A DNA stretch of 63,917 nt from an uncultured Bdellovibrionales bacterium (GCA_964452415.1 CAYVME010000001.1:1-63917), one strand, 5' to 3'; positions 51,892-62,924 are shown, counted from the first letter of the stretch. Numbers and translations are program-made. Notes: a model not told the origin generated them from the letters alone.

Positions 51892-53508
51892 CTATTTCAC
51901 CACTAGCGCTTCCTTTGTGCTTTCAAAAACATTTCCATCCTTAACCATCAAATTGAACCACTTTTCTTTTTTCAATGCTCTTTCCAGCGCAGCACTAATG
52001 GAAGACATGCGCACCTTTTTTCCCTTAATTTTCATGCCTTCGACCATCTCTTTTATTGAATCCAATCCATCCATGTCAAAGAAAAATAAATTTCGAAAAC
52101 TGAGCACAACCAATTTTGTCTCATCGCTAATCTTTGCAATATTATCCATGTGCGATTGCGCATTGACATATGTCAATTGACCAGCAAAACGATATGTCAA
52201 AGTGTCCCCATGATCTTTTGTTCTGTTAAATTCTTTGGCATTTAATCTTTTGAGAAGTTTTCCATCCCTGTTAATGTTTATCTCAGTCTTGGCTCGAGAC
52301 ATCTTGTTTGCAAACACAAGCAAAGCAACCATGGATCCAATCAAAATTCCCATGATTGGGTCTTCGATGATGGTTATGATTGCCACCATTATTGCCAGAA
52401 GAAAAGCTGATTTGTCATTTTTCCAAATTTTTTCAAAATGCTCTTTTTCGACCATTTGAGTTGCAGTGAAAATCAAAATCGAAGCCACCACTGGAAGTGG
52501 AAGATATTTAAAAATAGAAAGAAGAGCCACTGAAATTATGACAATAAAAAGACTGCTAATTGTGGCTGACATTTTGTCATTTGCTCCACTTTTCACATTT
52601 AACGATGTTCGAGCCAACGCTGCCGTTGCTGGAATTCCACCAAATAGTCCGGAAAAAATGTTTGCCAATCCAGTGCCCAGAACTTCTTTTCTAGTGTTAT
52701 GTTTTGTTTTTGTCATGTTGTCAGCAATCTTTGCAGACATCAAAGTCTCGAGAATTCCAACCACTGCGATCGCAACAGCGCCGAGAAAAACATCTTGACT
52801 GAGCACAAATGAAATTTTTGGAACAGCCCAAAAACTTCCAGAAATGTCGCCAAACTTTGAAAACAATGTTTGGAATTGCACATTTATAATTCCCGCCTGA
52901 GAAAGAAACCCAAGCAAAATTCCGATTGGTGCAAGCACAATCACTCCTGGGATTTTTGCGAAAAATATTCTCCAAACAAAAAGAAATGCAAATCCCACAG
53001 CAAAAAGCACAACAGTTGCCCAATGCACAGCACCAATGTGAGCAATGCTTTCCATCAGGTTTTCAGTCAGTTTTTCATGAACTGCAAGATTCTTGAGACC
53101 AAGAGCAAAATTCAATTGTCCAAGTCCGATAATGAAAGCCACTCCCAAGGTGAAACCATGCACAACGCTTGATGGAATAAAAACAATATACTTTTCCCAT
53201 TTAAGGATATATACAAGCAAAATCATCAAGCCAGAAACGATTGCCAACATTGGCAAAATTGAAACTCCATATTTGATTGCAAAAACAACCAAAATTCCAG
53301 ACAATGCTCCAGTTGGTCCAACAATATTAAAATTGCTTCCACCGAAAAAAGATGCGATCAATCCAGCCCAAATCGCAGTAATTACACCCATGAGCGGTGT
53401 CGCACCGGCCGCCACAGCCAATGAAATTGAAAGTGGAATCGAAACAAATGCAACCGTCAAACCTGACTGCCAATTTTCCCTAATTCTTTGCATTACTGTT
53501 TTGCGCAT
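51892..53508 (-). CDS. SulP-family anion transporter with C-terminal STAS domain
   Basis: 538 aa. GLTVAFVSIPLSISLAVAAG, FGGSNFNIVGPTGALS, about 11 TM helices, and a STAS-like C-terminus (VVLSFRNLFFFDMDGLDSIKEMV). Confidence 0.85.
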   Translation of the reverse strand: MRKTVMQRIRENWQSGLTVAFVSIPLSISLAVAAGATPLMGVITAIWAGLIASFFGGSNFNIVGPTGALSGILVVFAIKYGVSILPMLAIVSGLMILLVYILKWEKYIVFIPSSVVHGFTLGVAFIIGLGQLNFALGLKNLAVHEKLTENLMESIAHIGAVHWATVVLFAVGFAFLFVWRIFFAKIPGVIVLAPIGILLGFLSQAGIINVQFQTLFSKFGDISGSFWAVPKISFVLSQDVFLGAVAIAVVGILETLMSAKIADNMTKTKHNTRKEVLGTGLANIFSGLFGGIPATAALARTSLNVKSGANDKMSATISSLFIVIISVALLSIFKYLPLPVVASILIFTATQMVEKEHFEKIWKNDKSAFLLAIMVAIITIIEDPIMGILIGSMVALLVFANKMSRAKTEININRDGKLLKRLNAKEFNRTKDHGDTLTYRFAGQLTYVNAQSHMDNIAKISDETKLVVLSFRNLFFFDMDGLDSIKEMVEGMKIKGKKVRMSSISAALERALKKEKWFNLMVKDGNVFESTKEALVVK

Positions 53509-53672
53509 ATTTTTTTAAAAAAATAGATTTTATTAAAACAAACAAAAAAGCACACGCCGAGGCGTATACTTTTCTTTTTTGGACTATGGAAAAAGGACCG
53601 AGAAAAGTCAGAGCATCCTTTTAAAATATTTATCTTCAAAGCTACAAGTTCAATAACTGAACCAACCCAGAA

Positions 53673-53701
53673 ATTTTACTCCTGAGGAAAATTCTTGTCA
53701 A
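53673..53701 (-). promoter_or_regulatory. sigma70-like promoter of the SulP gene (TTGACA-17-TAAAAT)
   Basis: The minus strand reads TTGACA agaattttcctcaggag TAAAAT, immediately after the atpC stop; about 160-nt leader. Confidence 0.6.
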
Positions 53702-53709
53702 TACCAAAT

Positions 53710-54144
53710 TTAATCAATCTTGATGCCATGTTTTGAGTGATGTTTTTTTGCCACCCGAACACGAATCATCTCTTTTTCAATGGCAGCAGCCACCTTGGCA
53801 TATTCCATGTCACTCATTGAAATCTTTTCATCTTTGAGTTTCTCTGCTCTCTTTCTGGCCTCTTCAGCACGCTCAATGTCAATTTCATGAGCAGCTTCAG
53901 CAGTATCAGCAAGCACAACCAAACTGTTCTTGTGAAACTCAACAAAGCCTCCAGAGGTCGCAAGAAGCGTCTCCTTCCCTCCATTTTTAATGATAATTTC
54001 ACCAGCCTTCAATGCTCCGATATATGAACGATGATTCGGAAGTATTGTCACGATACCCTGAAGCACAGGCAAAGTGACCTGATCAATCTCTTGCTCAGAA
54101 ACTGTTCTTTCGGGAGTTACAATTTTAAAATTAATTTTCTTCAT
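53710..54144 (-). CDS. atpC: F1 ATP synthase epsilon subunit
   Basis: FKIVTPERTVSEQEIDQVTLP...GILPNH...GGFVEF; follows atpD. Confidence 0.85.
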   Translation of the reverse strand: MKKINFKIVTPERTVSEQEIDQVTLPVLQGIVTILPNHRSYIGALKAGEIIIKNGGKETLLATSGGFVEFHKNSLVVLADTAEAAHEIDIERAEEARKRAEKLKDEKISMSDMEYAKVAAAIEKEMIRVRVAKKHHSKHGIKID

Positions 54145-54174
54145 ATGAATATATTGTAGAAAGCGAACAAAAGA

Positions 54175-55569
<1,395 letters not shown>

Positions 55570-55787
55570 TTACAAAATTTTTACGAATTTACAAATATAC
55601 AAAATGGAGATTCGTACACTTGCAAATTTGTAATCAATTCGCACCCTGCAGAAATTAATTAAATTCTTATTGATAAATACTGGCTCAAATAAGGCAATAT
55701 TTATCATCAGGAATTCAAGGCTTGACTTTTTGCACTTTTTGTGACACACTCATAGCACAAATTCAACACTTTCATTGGAGGTTTCCC

Positions 55788-55898
55788 ATGCAGTTCCTTA
55801 CTATACCCCTTGCAACTTTCGCAACAATCATTCTTGTAATACAACTATTGTGCTACAAGTCATGGCGATCAAGAAAATCAAAGGAGACAAGTTCATGA
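55788..55898 (+). CDS. possible 36-aa hydrophobic peptide with basic tail
   Basis: GGAGG lies 7 nt upstream. Product MQFLTIPLATFATIILVIQLLCYKSWRSRKSKETSS. Its TGA stop overlaps the next ATG (ATGA). Confidence 0.3.
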   Translation: MQFLTIPLATFATIILVIQLLCYKSWRSRKSKETSS

Positions 55899-56089
55899 AA
55901 AAAATCACCGCATTTCTCTTTCTCATGTTCTCAACTGCCGCGACCGCATTTGCCCACAACATGCGTGGCAATTTGGCACACACCAATCCACATTGGCTCC
56001 CTGGAGTCCTCTGTATTGGTGCACTCGCTGTCTTTATTGTTGCCTTTGCAATTTCATTAGCAATCAATAATAGAAAGAACAAGGGTTAG
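55895..56089 (+). CDS. small exported/membrane-anchored protein (64 aa)
   Basis: AGGAG lies 8 nt upstream. Signal peptide MKKITAFLFLMFSTAATAFA, a His-rich segment HNMRGNLAHTNPHW and a C-terminal TM helix, followed by a terminator. Confidence 0.4.
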   Translation: MKKITAFLFLMFSTAATAFAHNMRGNLAHTNPHWLPGVLCIGALAVFIVAFAISLAINNRKNKG

Positions 56090-56118
56090 CATCGTCGACC
56101 AGCGAATCTTCTCACAAA

Positions 56119-56156
56119 GCCCGACGCACAGCAACTGTGCCGAGGGTTTTCTTTTT
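56119..56156 (+). terminator. rho-independent terminator of the plus-strand mini-operon
   Basis: gcccgacGCACAG caa CTGTGCcgaggg, followed by TTTTCTTTTT. Confidence 0.55.
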
Positions 56157-56186
56157 GCAAATTTTTCAAAAACACTATCAGAATTA

Positions 56187-56219
56187 AATCCTAGATTCCG
56201 GATCAAGTCCGGAATGACA
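56187..56219. repeat. REP-like palindromic element AATCCTrGATTCC-stem-loop-GGAATGACA (copy 2)
   Basis: attccgga tcaag tccggaat, an 8-bp stem. Followed by the shared box ctgaattNNatttttgaatt and heptads. Confidence 0.75.
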
Positions 56220-56262
56220 CATTATCGAATTCTGAATTATATTTTTGAATTCTGCATTTCTT

Positions 56263-56290
56263 GAAAGCTGAAAGCTACAAGCTATCAGCT
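56263..56290. repeat. heptad tandem repeat (NNAAGCT)x4 abutting the atpG stop
   Basis: gaaagct gaaagct acaagct atcagct. Confidence 0.8.
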
Positions 56291-57248
56291 ATTCAAGTGC
56301 TGCTCTTCCTGCCGAAATCTCTGCAATTTCTTGTGTAATCTTTCCTTGTCTAATCTGATTGTACGCCAAGGTTAAATCTTCACTCATTTCTCCCGCTGCA
56401 TCAGTTGCATTTCTCATTGCCATCATGCGAGCAGATTGTTCAGATGCTTGAGATTCCAAAACTGCATGAAACAGTTGCATCTCAATCAGGCGAGGAACAA
56501 TGAGCTCCAAAACCTCCTTTGGACTCGGTTCAATCTTGTATTCCAGAACTGGTTCTTCCAATCCATATTCTTGAGCCAAAATATCCATTTCAGCGATTTG
56601 TTTTTCAATATCAATTTTTGAAATCGGCAAAACTTGTCGAATCCTTGTCTGTTGATTCACAGCGGAAATATAGTCGGTATACACGACCACAACTTTATCA
56701 TATTTCTTGGCCAAATAATCATCAATCACAATTTTTGAAAGTGGTTTAATGTCGGCAACTGTTGCAAACTTTGCCCCATCCTCAAAGGCCGCAATGATGC
56801 CTTTGCCAAGTTTTCGCACAATTCCCTCGCCCTTTTTTCCAATCGTAATGAAATCAATTTTCAAATCTTCATTTTTAATCGTTGAAACGATTTTCTTTTT
56901 TCCAATCCTGTTTATTCTCAATTTCTCCGGACTTGCAATTTCTTCTTTGATTTTCTTGGCAACTTGAGTGTTGAATGATCCGCAAAGACCACGATTTGAA
57001 GTCACCACAACCATCAAAACACTTCTCACCTCACGCACTTCCAAAAATCCAAACCCCCTGGACAATTCAAAGGCTCTGGCCAGGTTTGTCAAAACGCTCC
57101 AAGCTGCATGCGCATAGCCTCGAATTCCCAAAACGCTTGCCACAGCTCGACGCATTTTGGCAGCCGAAACCATCTCCATTGCCTTGGTGATTTTTTTTGT
57201 CGAATTTATCGATCGTATTCGTCTTTTTATATCAAGTGAAGATGCCAT
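56289..57248 (-). CDS. atpG: F1 ATP synthase gamma subunit
   Basis: IKRRIRSINSTKKITKAMEMVSAAKMRRA...MRNATDAAGEMSEDLTLAYNQIRQGKITQEIAEI. Confidence 0.92.
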   Translation of the reverse strand: MASSLDIKRRIRSINSTKKITKAMEMVSAAKMRRAVASVLGIRGYAHAAWSVLTNLARAFELSRGFGFLEVREVRSVLMVVVTSNRGLCGSFNTQVAKKIKEEIASPEKLRINRIGKKKIVSTIKNEDLKIDFITIGKKGEGIVRKLGKGIIAAFEDGAKFATVADIKPLSKIVIDDYLAKKYDKVVVVYTDYISAVNQQTRIRQVLPISKIDIEKQIAEMDILAQEYGLEEPVLEYKIEPSPKEVLELIVPRLIEMQLFHAVLESQASEQSARMMAMRNATDAAGEMSEDLTLAYNQIRQGKITQEIAEISAGRAALE

Positions 57249-57305
57249 AAATATTTTTTACAAAAATAAATCTCAATGTCAAAATCTCAAATCCAAACAA
57301 GCAAG

Positions 57306-58826
57306 TTATTTCTGATAAATTTCCTTGAATTCCTTGATTGCTTTTTCAATTGAGGCCACCACTTCATCGGAAAGTTCTTTCTTGTCAGCAATCAAAGACA
57401 ATGTTTCTTTTGCTTGAGAGTCCAGATATTTGTGAAAATCAGCTTCCCAATTTCTAATTTCAACAACTTCAACATCATCAAGAAATCCATTGACCAGCGC
57501 ATACAAAATTGAAACTTGATGTTCAACAGCCATTGGCTCGTATTGACCTTGCTTAAGAACTTCAACAGATCTTCTTCCTCGCTCGATTTGATTTCTGGTT
57601 TTTTCGTCCAAGTCTGATCCAAACTGCGCAAAAGCTTCGAGCTCTCTGAATTGTGCCAATTCCAATCGCATCTTTCCAGCAACTTTTTTCATTGCTTTGA
57701 TTTGAGCAGATCCTCCCACTCGAGAAACTGAAAGACCAACATTAACCGCTGGACGAATTCCCTTGTAGAACAAGTCTGATTCCAAGAAAATTTGACCGTC
57801 AGTAATTGAAATAACATTGGTTGGAATGTATGCTGACACATCTCCAGCTTGAGTTTCAATGATTGGAAGCGCTGTCATTGATCCTCCTCCAAAATCTTCA
57901 TTGAGTTTTGCGCTTCTTTCCAAAAGACGAGAATGCAAATAAAAAACATCTCCAGGATATGCCTCTCGTCCTGGTGGTCGCTTCAAAATCAATGATGTTT
58001 GACGATATGCCCAAGCGTGTCTCGAAAGATCATCGAAAACGATAAGCACATCTTCTCCTTTGTCCATGAAATATTCTCCCAAAGCACATCCTGAATATGG
58101 AGCAATATATGAAAGAGAGGCGCTATCTGAAGCTCCAGCCACAATCACTGTCGTATATTCCATGGCACCTTTCTTTTCAAGTTCACCCACAATGCGAGCA
58201 ATTTTTGATTCTTTCTGTCCAATCGCAACATAGATACATTTCATGTTCTGACCTTTCTGGTTGATGATTGTATCAATTGCAATTGCAGTTTTTCCGGTCT
58301 GACGGTCACCAATAATCAATTCTCGTTGTCCTCGTCCAATTGGAATCATTGCATCAATAGCTTTGATTCCAGTTTGAACAGGCTGATGCACACTTTTTCG
58401 AGTAATAACACCAGGAGCAATTTTTTCCACAGGATAATACACATCAGTTTTAATTTCCTCCCTTCCATCAATAACATTTCCAAGTGGGTCAATAACGCGT
58501 CCAATCATTTTTTCTGAAACCGGAATTGAAAGAATTTTTCCAGTGGAAGTTACATTTTCTCCTTCTTTCACTGATGTATAGTCGCCCATGATCATAACTC
58601 CAACCTCATCCAACTCAAGATTAAGAGCCACACCCATAACACCGCTTTGAAATTCAACAATTTCAGATGCCATCACATCAGACAATCCAGAAACTTTAGC
58701 AACACCATCTCCAACTTCCAAAACTTTTCCGACTTTTTCTGTCTTGGCTTCAGCTTTGAAATTCTCAATCTGCGCTTTCAATTGCTCGATGATATAGTTT
58801 TTATCGCTCATATTTTTTATTATCAA
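57306..58826 (-). CDS. atpA: F1 ATP synthase alpha subunit
   Basis: [62 protein letters not shown]. Confidence 0.95.
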   Translation of the reverse strand: MIIKNMSDKNYIIEQLKAQIENFKAEAKTEKVGKVLEVGDGVAKVSGLSDVMASEIVEFQSGVMGVALNLELDEVGVMIMGDYTSVKEGENVTSTGKILSIPVSEKMIGRVIDPLGNVIDGREEIKTDVYYPVEKIAPGVITRKSVHQPVQTGIKAIDAMIPIGRGQRELIIGDRQTGKTAIAIDTIINQKGQNMKCIYVAIGQKESKIARIVGELEKKGAMEYTTVIVAGASDSASLSYIAPYSGCALGEYFMDKGEDVLIVFDDLSRHAWAYRQTSLILKRPPGREAYPGDVFYLHSRLLERSAKLNEDFGGGSMTALPIIETQAGDVSAYIPTNVISITDGQIFLESDLFYKGIRPAVNVGLSVSRVGGSAQIKAMKKVAGKMRLELAQFRELEAFAQFGSDLDEKTRNQIERGRRSVEVLKQGQYEPMAVEHQVSILYALVNGFLDDVEVVEIRNWEADFHKYLDSQAKETLSLIADKKELSDEVVASIEKAIKEFKEIYQK

Positions 58827-58850
58827 TTAATAATTTCTAAAATGTTAAAC

Positions 58851-59255
58851 TTATTTACTTAGTTGTTTCTTTAGTTGTGAGAGCATGCCTTCAATGCTCA
58901 TGTCTATCATTTCATCTCCGACCTTGATTACTATCCCTCCCTTAATCTTCTTTTCTATCTGATTCTCAATATTGACCGTTTCAGCTTCATATTTAAGCTT
59001 TACATAATTCTTGATTTTTTCCACCACAGCCCCCTCCAATTTCTGAGCACTGAGCACAACACAATCAACTGACCTGTTTTCATCATTCCAAATCTTGGAA
59101 AATTTTTCACTTATCTTGGAAACATTGTTTGCCTGCTTCTTTTTGATTAAAAATTTTGCAAATTCCAAAACAACGCCATCGATTTCGCTTTGAGATTTTC
59201 CCTTTGTCATTTCATGCAAAGTTTTTGCGTAGTCGGTATTGCTAATTTTCATCAC
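58851..59255 (-). CDS. atpH: ATP synthase delta (OSCP) subunit, short form
   Basis: 134 aa. The C-terminus KIKGGIVIKVGDEMIDMSIEGMLSQLKKQL is OSCP-like; position between atpF and atpA. Confidence 0.7.
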   Translation of the reverse strand: MMKISNTDYAKTLHEMTKGKSQSEIDGVVLEFAKFLIKKKQANNVSKISEKFSKIWNDENRSVDCVVLSAQKLEGAVVEKIKNYVKLKYEAETVNIENQIEKKIKGGIVIKVGDEMIDMSIEGMLSQLKKQLSK

Positions 59256-59276
59256 TTTTTAAATTAATATTTTTGA

Positions 59277-59771
59277 TTATTTGATTGAAACAATCATGTC
59301 TTCAACCAGTTTCTTGTCTTTATCATTGTCCAGTTTCTCATTGATAATTTTTTCGGTCACAGTGAGAATCAATCCTGAGATTTCACCTTTGATTTCTCCC
59401 ATTATTTTCTCCCTTTCTTGTTCAATCTTTTTCTGAGTGTTCGCCATAATGTTGGCAGCTTCCTGCTTTGTGGTTTCAATAATTTGAGCTTTTCCACTTT
59501 CTGCAATTTCCTGAGCTTTTTTTATGATTTCTTGAGCCTCTTTTTTAGCTTCAGCAAGAACAAGTTTTTCCTTTTCTTCAATTTGCACCAATTTCTTCCC
59601 GGCCTCATTGGCATTGCTGATTCCTTTTTCAATCTTTTCCTGTCTTTCATCAAGCACCTTCATGATTGGACCATAGGCAAATTTATAGATCACAAAAACA
59701 AGCACACCAAAATTTATCAACTGCGCTAAAAGAATTTTAACATTAAGACCCAGGGCATTTATCAATTCCAT
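59277..59771 (-). CDS. atpF: Fo ATP synthase subunit b (copy 1)
   Basis: N-terminal TM helix LLAQLINFGVLVFVIYKFAYGPIMKVLDERQEKI followed by a long charged helix. Confidence 0.82.
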   Translation of the reverse strand: MELINALGLNVKILLAQLINFGVLVFVIYKFAYGPIMKVLDERQEKIEKGISNANEAGKKLVQIEEKEKLVLAEAKKEAQEIIKKAQEIAESGKAQIIETTKQEAANIMANTQKKIEQEREKIMGEIKGEISGLILTVTEKIINEKLDNDKDKKLVEDMIVSIK

Positions 59772-59837
59772 ATAAATTATTTGAATTTAAAAATCACAAG
59801 GATCCAGCCCTCGAAAGAGCTGAACTACTCGCATCTT

Positions 59838-60068
<231 letters not shown>

Positions 60069-60106
60069 TTATTGTTACTTATTAACTTATTAAAAAATTT
60101 AACCAC

Positions 60107-60868
60107 CTATATTGATGCTGCTTCCACCATTTCATCTTCTTCAACCTCAGCAGCCAGATTTATGAACACCACAGTCAGAACCGAAAATACAAACGCCTGC
60201 ACCAATGCTCCCAACAATCCCAAAAACAAAAACGGCAATGGGACAATGAAAGGAGCCAACGCAAGCATTACAGCACCCAAAACCTCTCCGGCAAAAATAT
60301 TTCCAAACAAACGGAATGAGAGCGAGATAACCTTCGCAAATTCACCAATGATATCCATTAGTCCCAAAAAGAAACTGAGTGGACTTTTGAAATTTATAAA
60401 TTTTCCAACATATCCAAATGGTCCGTGCACAAATATGGCGACAATCTGTATTGTTATTGCTGTTACAAGTGTCATGACAAGCACCATTCCATAGTCGGCC
60501 ATCACAGCTCTGAAAACTGCAACATCGTGACCCTCACGAAGCAATGTCACAGCAGATTGACCCGGAATAAAAGAGATCAGATTTGCCACCAAGATAAAAA
60601 CAAACATCGTGAAAGCAAGTGGGAAAATTTTCTTGGTCTTTTTCTCTGATCCCATTATTGAAAGGATAAACTTGTAAGCCTCCTCCATCAACATTTCAAT
60701 AAAATTTTGAAGTTTTCCTGGCTTGTCCTTGCTCAAATTTTTATTGGCAATAAAAATAATTGCCATAATAAAAAAACTGATACCAAAAGAACCTATGAGC
60801 GTGTTAGTCACAGGAAAAGAACCTATATTAAACAATACATCTGGAGCTAGTGATATGTCGAGCTTCAT
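60107..60868 (-). CDS. atpB: Fo ATP synthase subunit a (copy 1)
   Basis: LSFRLFGNIFAGEVL (essential Arg); 5-6 TM helices. Confidence 0.9.
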   Translation of the reverse strand: MKLDISLAPDVLFNIGSFPVTNTLIGSFGISFFIMAIIFIANKNLSKDKPGKLQNFIEMLMEEAYKFILSIMGSEKKTKKIFPLAFTMFVFILVANLISFIPGQSAVTLLREGHDVAVFRAVMADYGMVLVMTLVTAITIQIVAIFVHGPFGYVGKFINFKSPLSFFLGLMDIIGEFAKVISLSFRLFGNIFAGEVLGAVMLALAPFIVPLPFLFLGLLGALVQAFVFSVLTVVFINLAAEVEEDEMVEAASI

Positions 60869-60898
60869 ATTGGTAACACTAATGTTTTCTTTTTAATG

Positions 60899-61189
60899 TC
60901 ATTTTTGCAAATTCTTCAACTTCAATTTTTCTTCCTTTTCTTTTTTCTTCTCCAATCCATATTGCTCCATCATGACATTCAATTTTCTAACCTTTTTGAA
61001 CAATAAGATATTTGTGAGAAAAAAAGCCAAACCCAATCCGACAAATTTATACAAAAGTCTTGTTCCTGAAGCCTTGTCCACGGCATGTCCAATTAGCAAA
61101 AAAATAACAAGCGGTCCCAAGATGGAAGCGCTCGTATAGGCAGCCATGCCCAATACCAACTGTTTCATGTTTTTTTCGTCTTTTTCCAT
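60899..61189 (-). CDS. AtpZ/AtpI-like small membrane protein
   Basis: 96 aa, two TM helices (ILGPLVIFLLIGHAVDK..; VGLGLAFFLTNILLF), first gene of the main atp operon. Confidence 0.45.
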   Translation of the reverse strand: MEKDEKNMKQLVLGMAAYTSASILGPLVIFLLIGHAVDKASGTRLLYKFVGLGLAFFLTNILLFKKVRKLNVMMEQYGLEKKKEKEEKLKLKNLQK

Positions 61190-61214
61190 AGAGAAGTTTC
61201 AAGAGCCATCTAAT

Positions 61215-61243
61215 ATCTTACGCTTCAAAGTCAGATGTGTCAA
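61215..61243 (-). promoter_or_regulatory. sigma70-like promoter of the main atp operon (TTGACA-17-TAAGAT)
   Basis: The minus strand reads TTGACA catctgactttgaagcg TAAGAT, between the atpF copy 2 stop and the atpZ-like start. Confidence 0.6.
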
Positions 61244-61305
61244 TAAGCCCAAAAATAAAGGCTTTCTGAAGGTATTATTCACCCCAAATAAGCACACGAA
61301 ACAAA

Positions 61306-61794
61306 TTATTGAATCGACTTTGCAATCAATTCAGCATCTTTTTTGGCGTCAATTTTTTCATCAATCAACTTGCCTGTTGCAGCCACCACCAAGTCCGCAA
61401 TTTCACCTTTCACTTCTTGCATCATCTTGCTTTTTTCATGTTCAATTTTCTTGATGCCGTCTGTCAAAATTCTTTCTGCTTGAGATTTTGCCTCGACAAT
61501 AATTTCCTCCTTATTCTTCATTGCAACACCCTCAGCTTTTGAAACAATTTCCTGAGCAGCTTTTCTTGCTTCCACCAGAACTTCTTTTTCTTTCTGCGTT
61601 ATCTCTTCCAGTTTTTTTCCTGCTTTTTCAGCATCCTTAATTCCTTTCTCAATTTTTGCAGTTCTCTCGTTCATCATTTTCAACATTGGACCATAAGCAA
61701 ATTGCTTGAGCACAAAAAGCACAATTCCGAAGTTCACCAGTTGAGCAATGATCAGTTTCCAGTCAATGTGAAATGTAGATATTAATTCGTTCAT
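61306..61794 (-). CDS. atpF: Fo ATP synthase subunit b (copy 2)
   Basis: LIIAQLVNFGIVLFVLKQFAYGPMLKMMNERTAKI...; clear paralogue of copy 1 along its whole length. Confidence 0.82.
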   Translation of the reverse strand: MNELISTFHIDWKLIIAQLVNFGIVLFVLKQFAYGPMLKMMNERTAKIEKGIKDAEKAGKKLEEITQKEKEVLVEARKAAQEIVSKAEGVAMKNKEEIIVEAKSQAERILTDGIKKIEHEKSKMMQEVKGEIADLVVAATGKLIDEKIDAKKDAELIAKSIQ

Positions 61795-61850
61795 AAATGT
61801 ATTTAAATAATAATTGAATCTAGAATTATATATTATCCAACAAACACGAA

Positions 61851-61931
61851 GTCATCAGCAATCAGTAATCGGTCATCTTTTTTAAATTCGTAAACCTTGA
61901 ATTTGATGACTGATGACTAGTGACTGATTAC
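61851..61931. repeat. imperfect long inverted repeat built from heptads (GTCATCA-type x4 / TGATGAC-type x4)
   Basis: gtcatca gcaatca gtaatcg gtcatct ... tgatgac tgatgac tagtgac tgattac. About 20 of 28 positions are complementary. Confidence 0.75.
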
Positions 61932-61999
61932 TTTTTCAATATTCTCATCTCGACTCCCTATTTCTAGGAAGCCAAATGAAAATACTACGGTTTGCAATA

Positions 62000-62239
<240 letters not shown>

Positions 62240-62386
62240 TCATCCATACTTTCTCTCTCTATGGGGAAAATGAATCATGCAAACAAAATTAAATTAATTA
62301 CTGCTAAATTCTTAAATTGTCATATTGCTTTTCTTGGCTAATTATAGCCTTTTCTAGCAATTTGGCAATTTATCGGTTCAGCACAC

Positions 62387-62415
62387 TTGACTTTTTGGTA
62401 ATTTGGGTGTATACT
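62387..62415 (+). promoter_or_regulatory. sigma70-like promoter (TTGACT-17-TATACT) of the plus-strand 85-aa ORF
   Basis: TTGACT ttttggtaatttgggtg TATACT. Confidence 0.6.
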
Positions 62416-62470
62416 ATACGGTTGTAATGGTTTATCAAATCTGCAACAAAATTTCTTAATGGAGGTCACC

Positions 62471-62728
62471 ATGTTGGAATTCAGCTCATTGAAACATTCT
62501 GGTGCCAGGTTCAGAGTAGTAGGACTCGACAAAGTAGCTCAAAGGGATGTCATCCTGAAAAAACTATCCCATCCCATAAGATTCGTAATTCCTTTATTTA
62601 AAAAAGAGTCACCGTCTCTTAATGCTGGGATTATAACCGATATCGACTGCTGCGATATAAATGCAGTTGATGACAATGGGGTATTTTATGCAATTCCCCT
62701 GAACGCAACAATTGAGATTGTGGATTAA
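62471..62728 (+). CDS. hypothetical soluble protein (85 aa), antisense to the second Fo cluster
   Basis: GGAGG lies 5 nt upstream of the ATG at 62471 (ORF 62459..62728). It has its own promoter and terminator. Confidence 0.4.
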   Translation: MLEFSSLKHSGARFRVVGLDKVAQRDVILKKLSHPIRFVIPLFKKESPSLNAGIITDIDCCDINAVDDNGVFYAIPLNATIEIVD

Positions 62729-62758
62729 ATTCGAGTCCATACCTCAAGATTCATCCAT

Positions 62759-62789
62759 AAGCCGACACATTTATGTGCTCGGCTTTTTT
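62759..62789 (+). terminator. rho-independent terminator of the 85-aa ORF
   Basis: aagccgacaca ttta tgtgctcggctt, followed by TTTTT. Confidence 0.7.
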
Positions 62790-62823
62790 ATTTATCTTTT
62801 TTTCAAAGCTACTATCAAAATTT

Positions 62824-62858
62824 AATCCTGGATTCCGGATCTGCTGTCCGGAATGACA
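62824..62858. repeat. REP-like palindromic element (copy 3)
   Basis: aatcctggattccgga tctgctg tccggaatgaca. Followed by ctgaattgcatttttgaatt and degenerate heptads up to the atpB copy 2 stop. Confidence 0.75.
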
Positions 62859-62924
62859 AAGTTTTAAACTCTGAATTGCATTTTTGAATTTTTTGCTTTC
62901 AACTTTCGACTTTATGGACTATTT

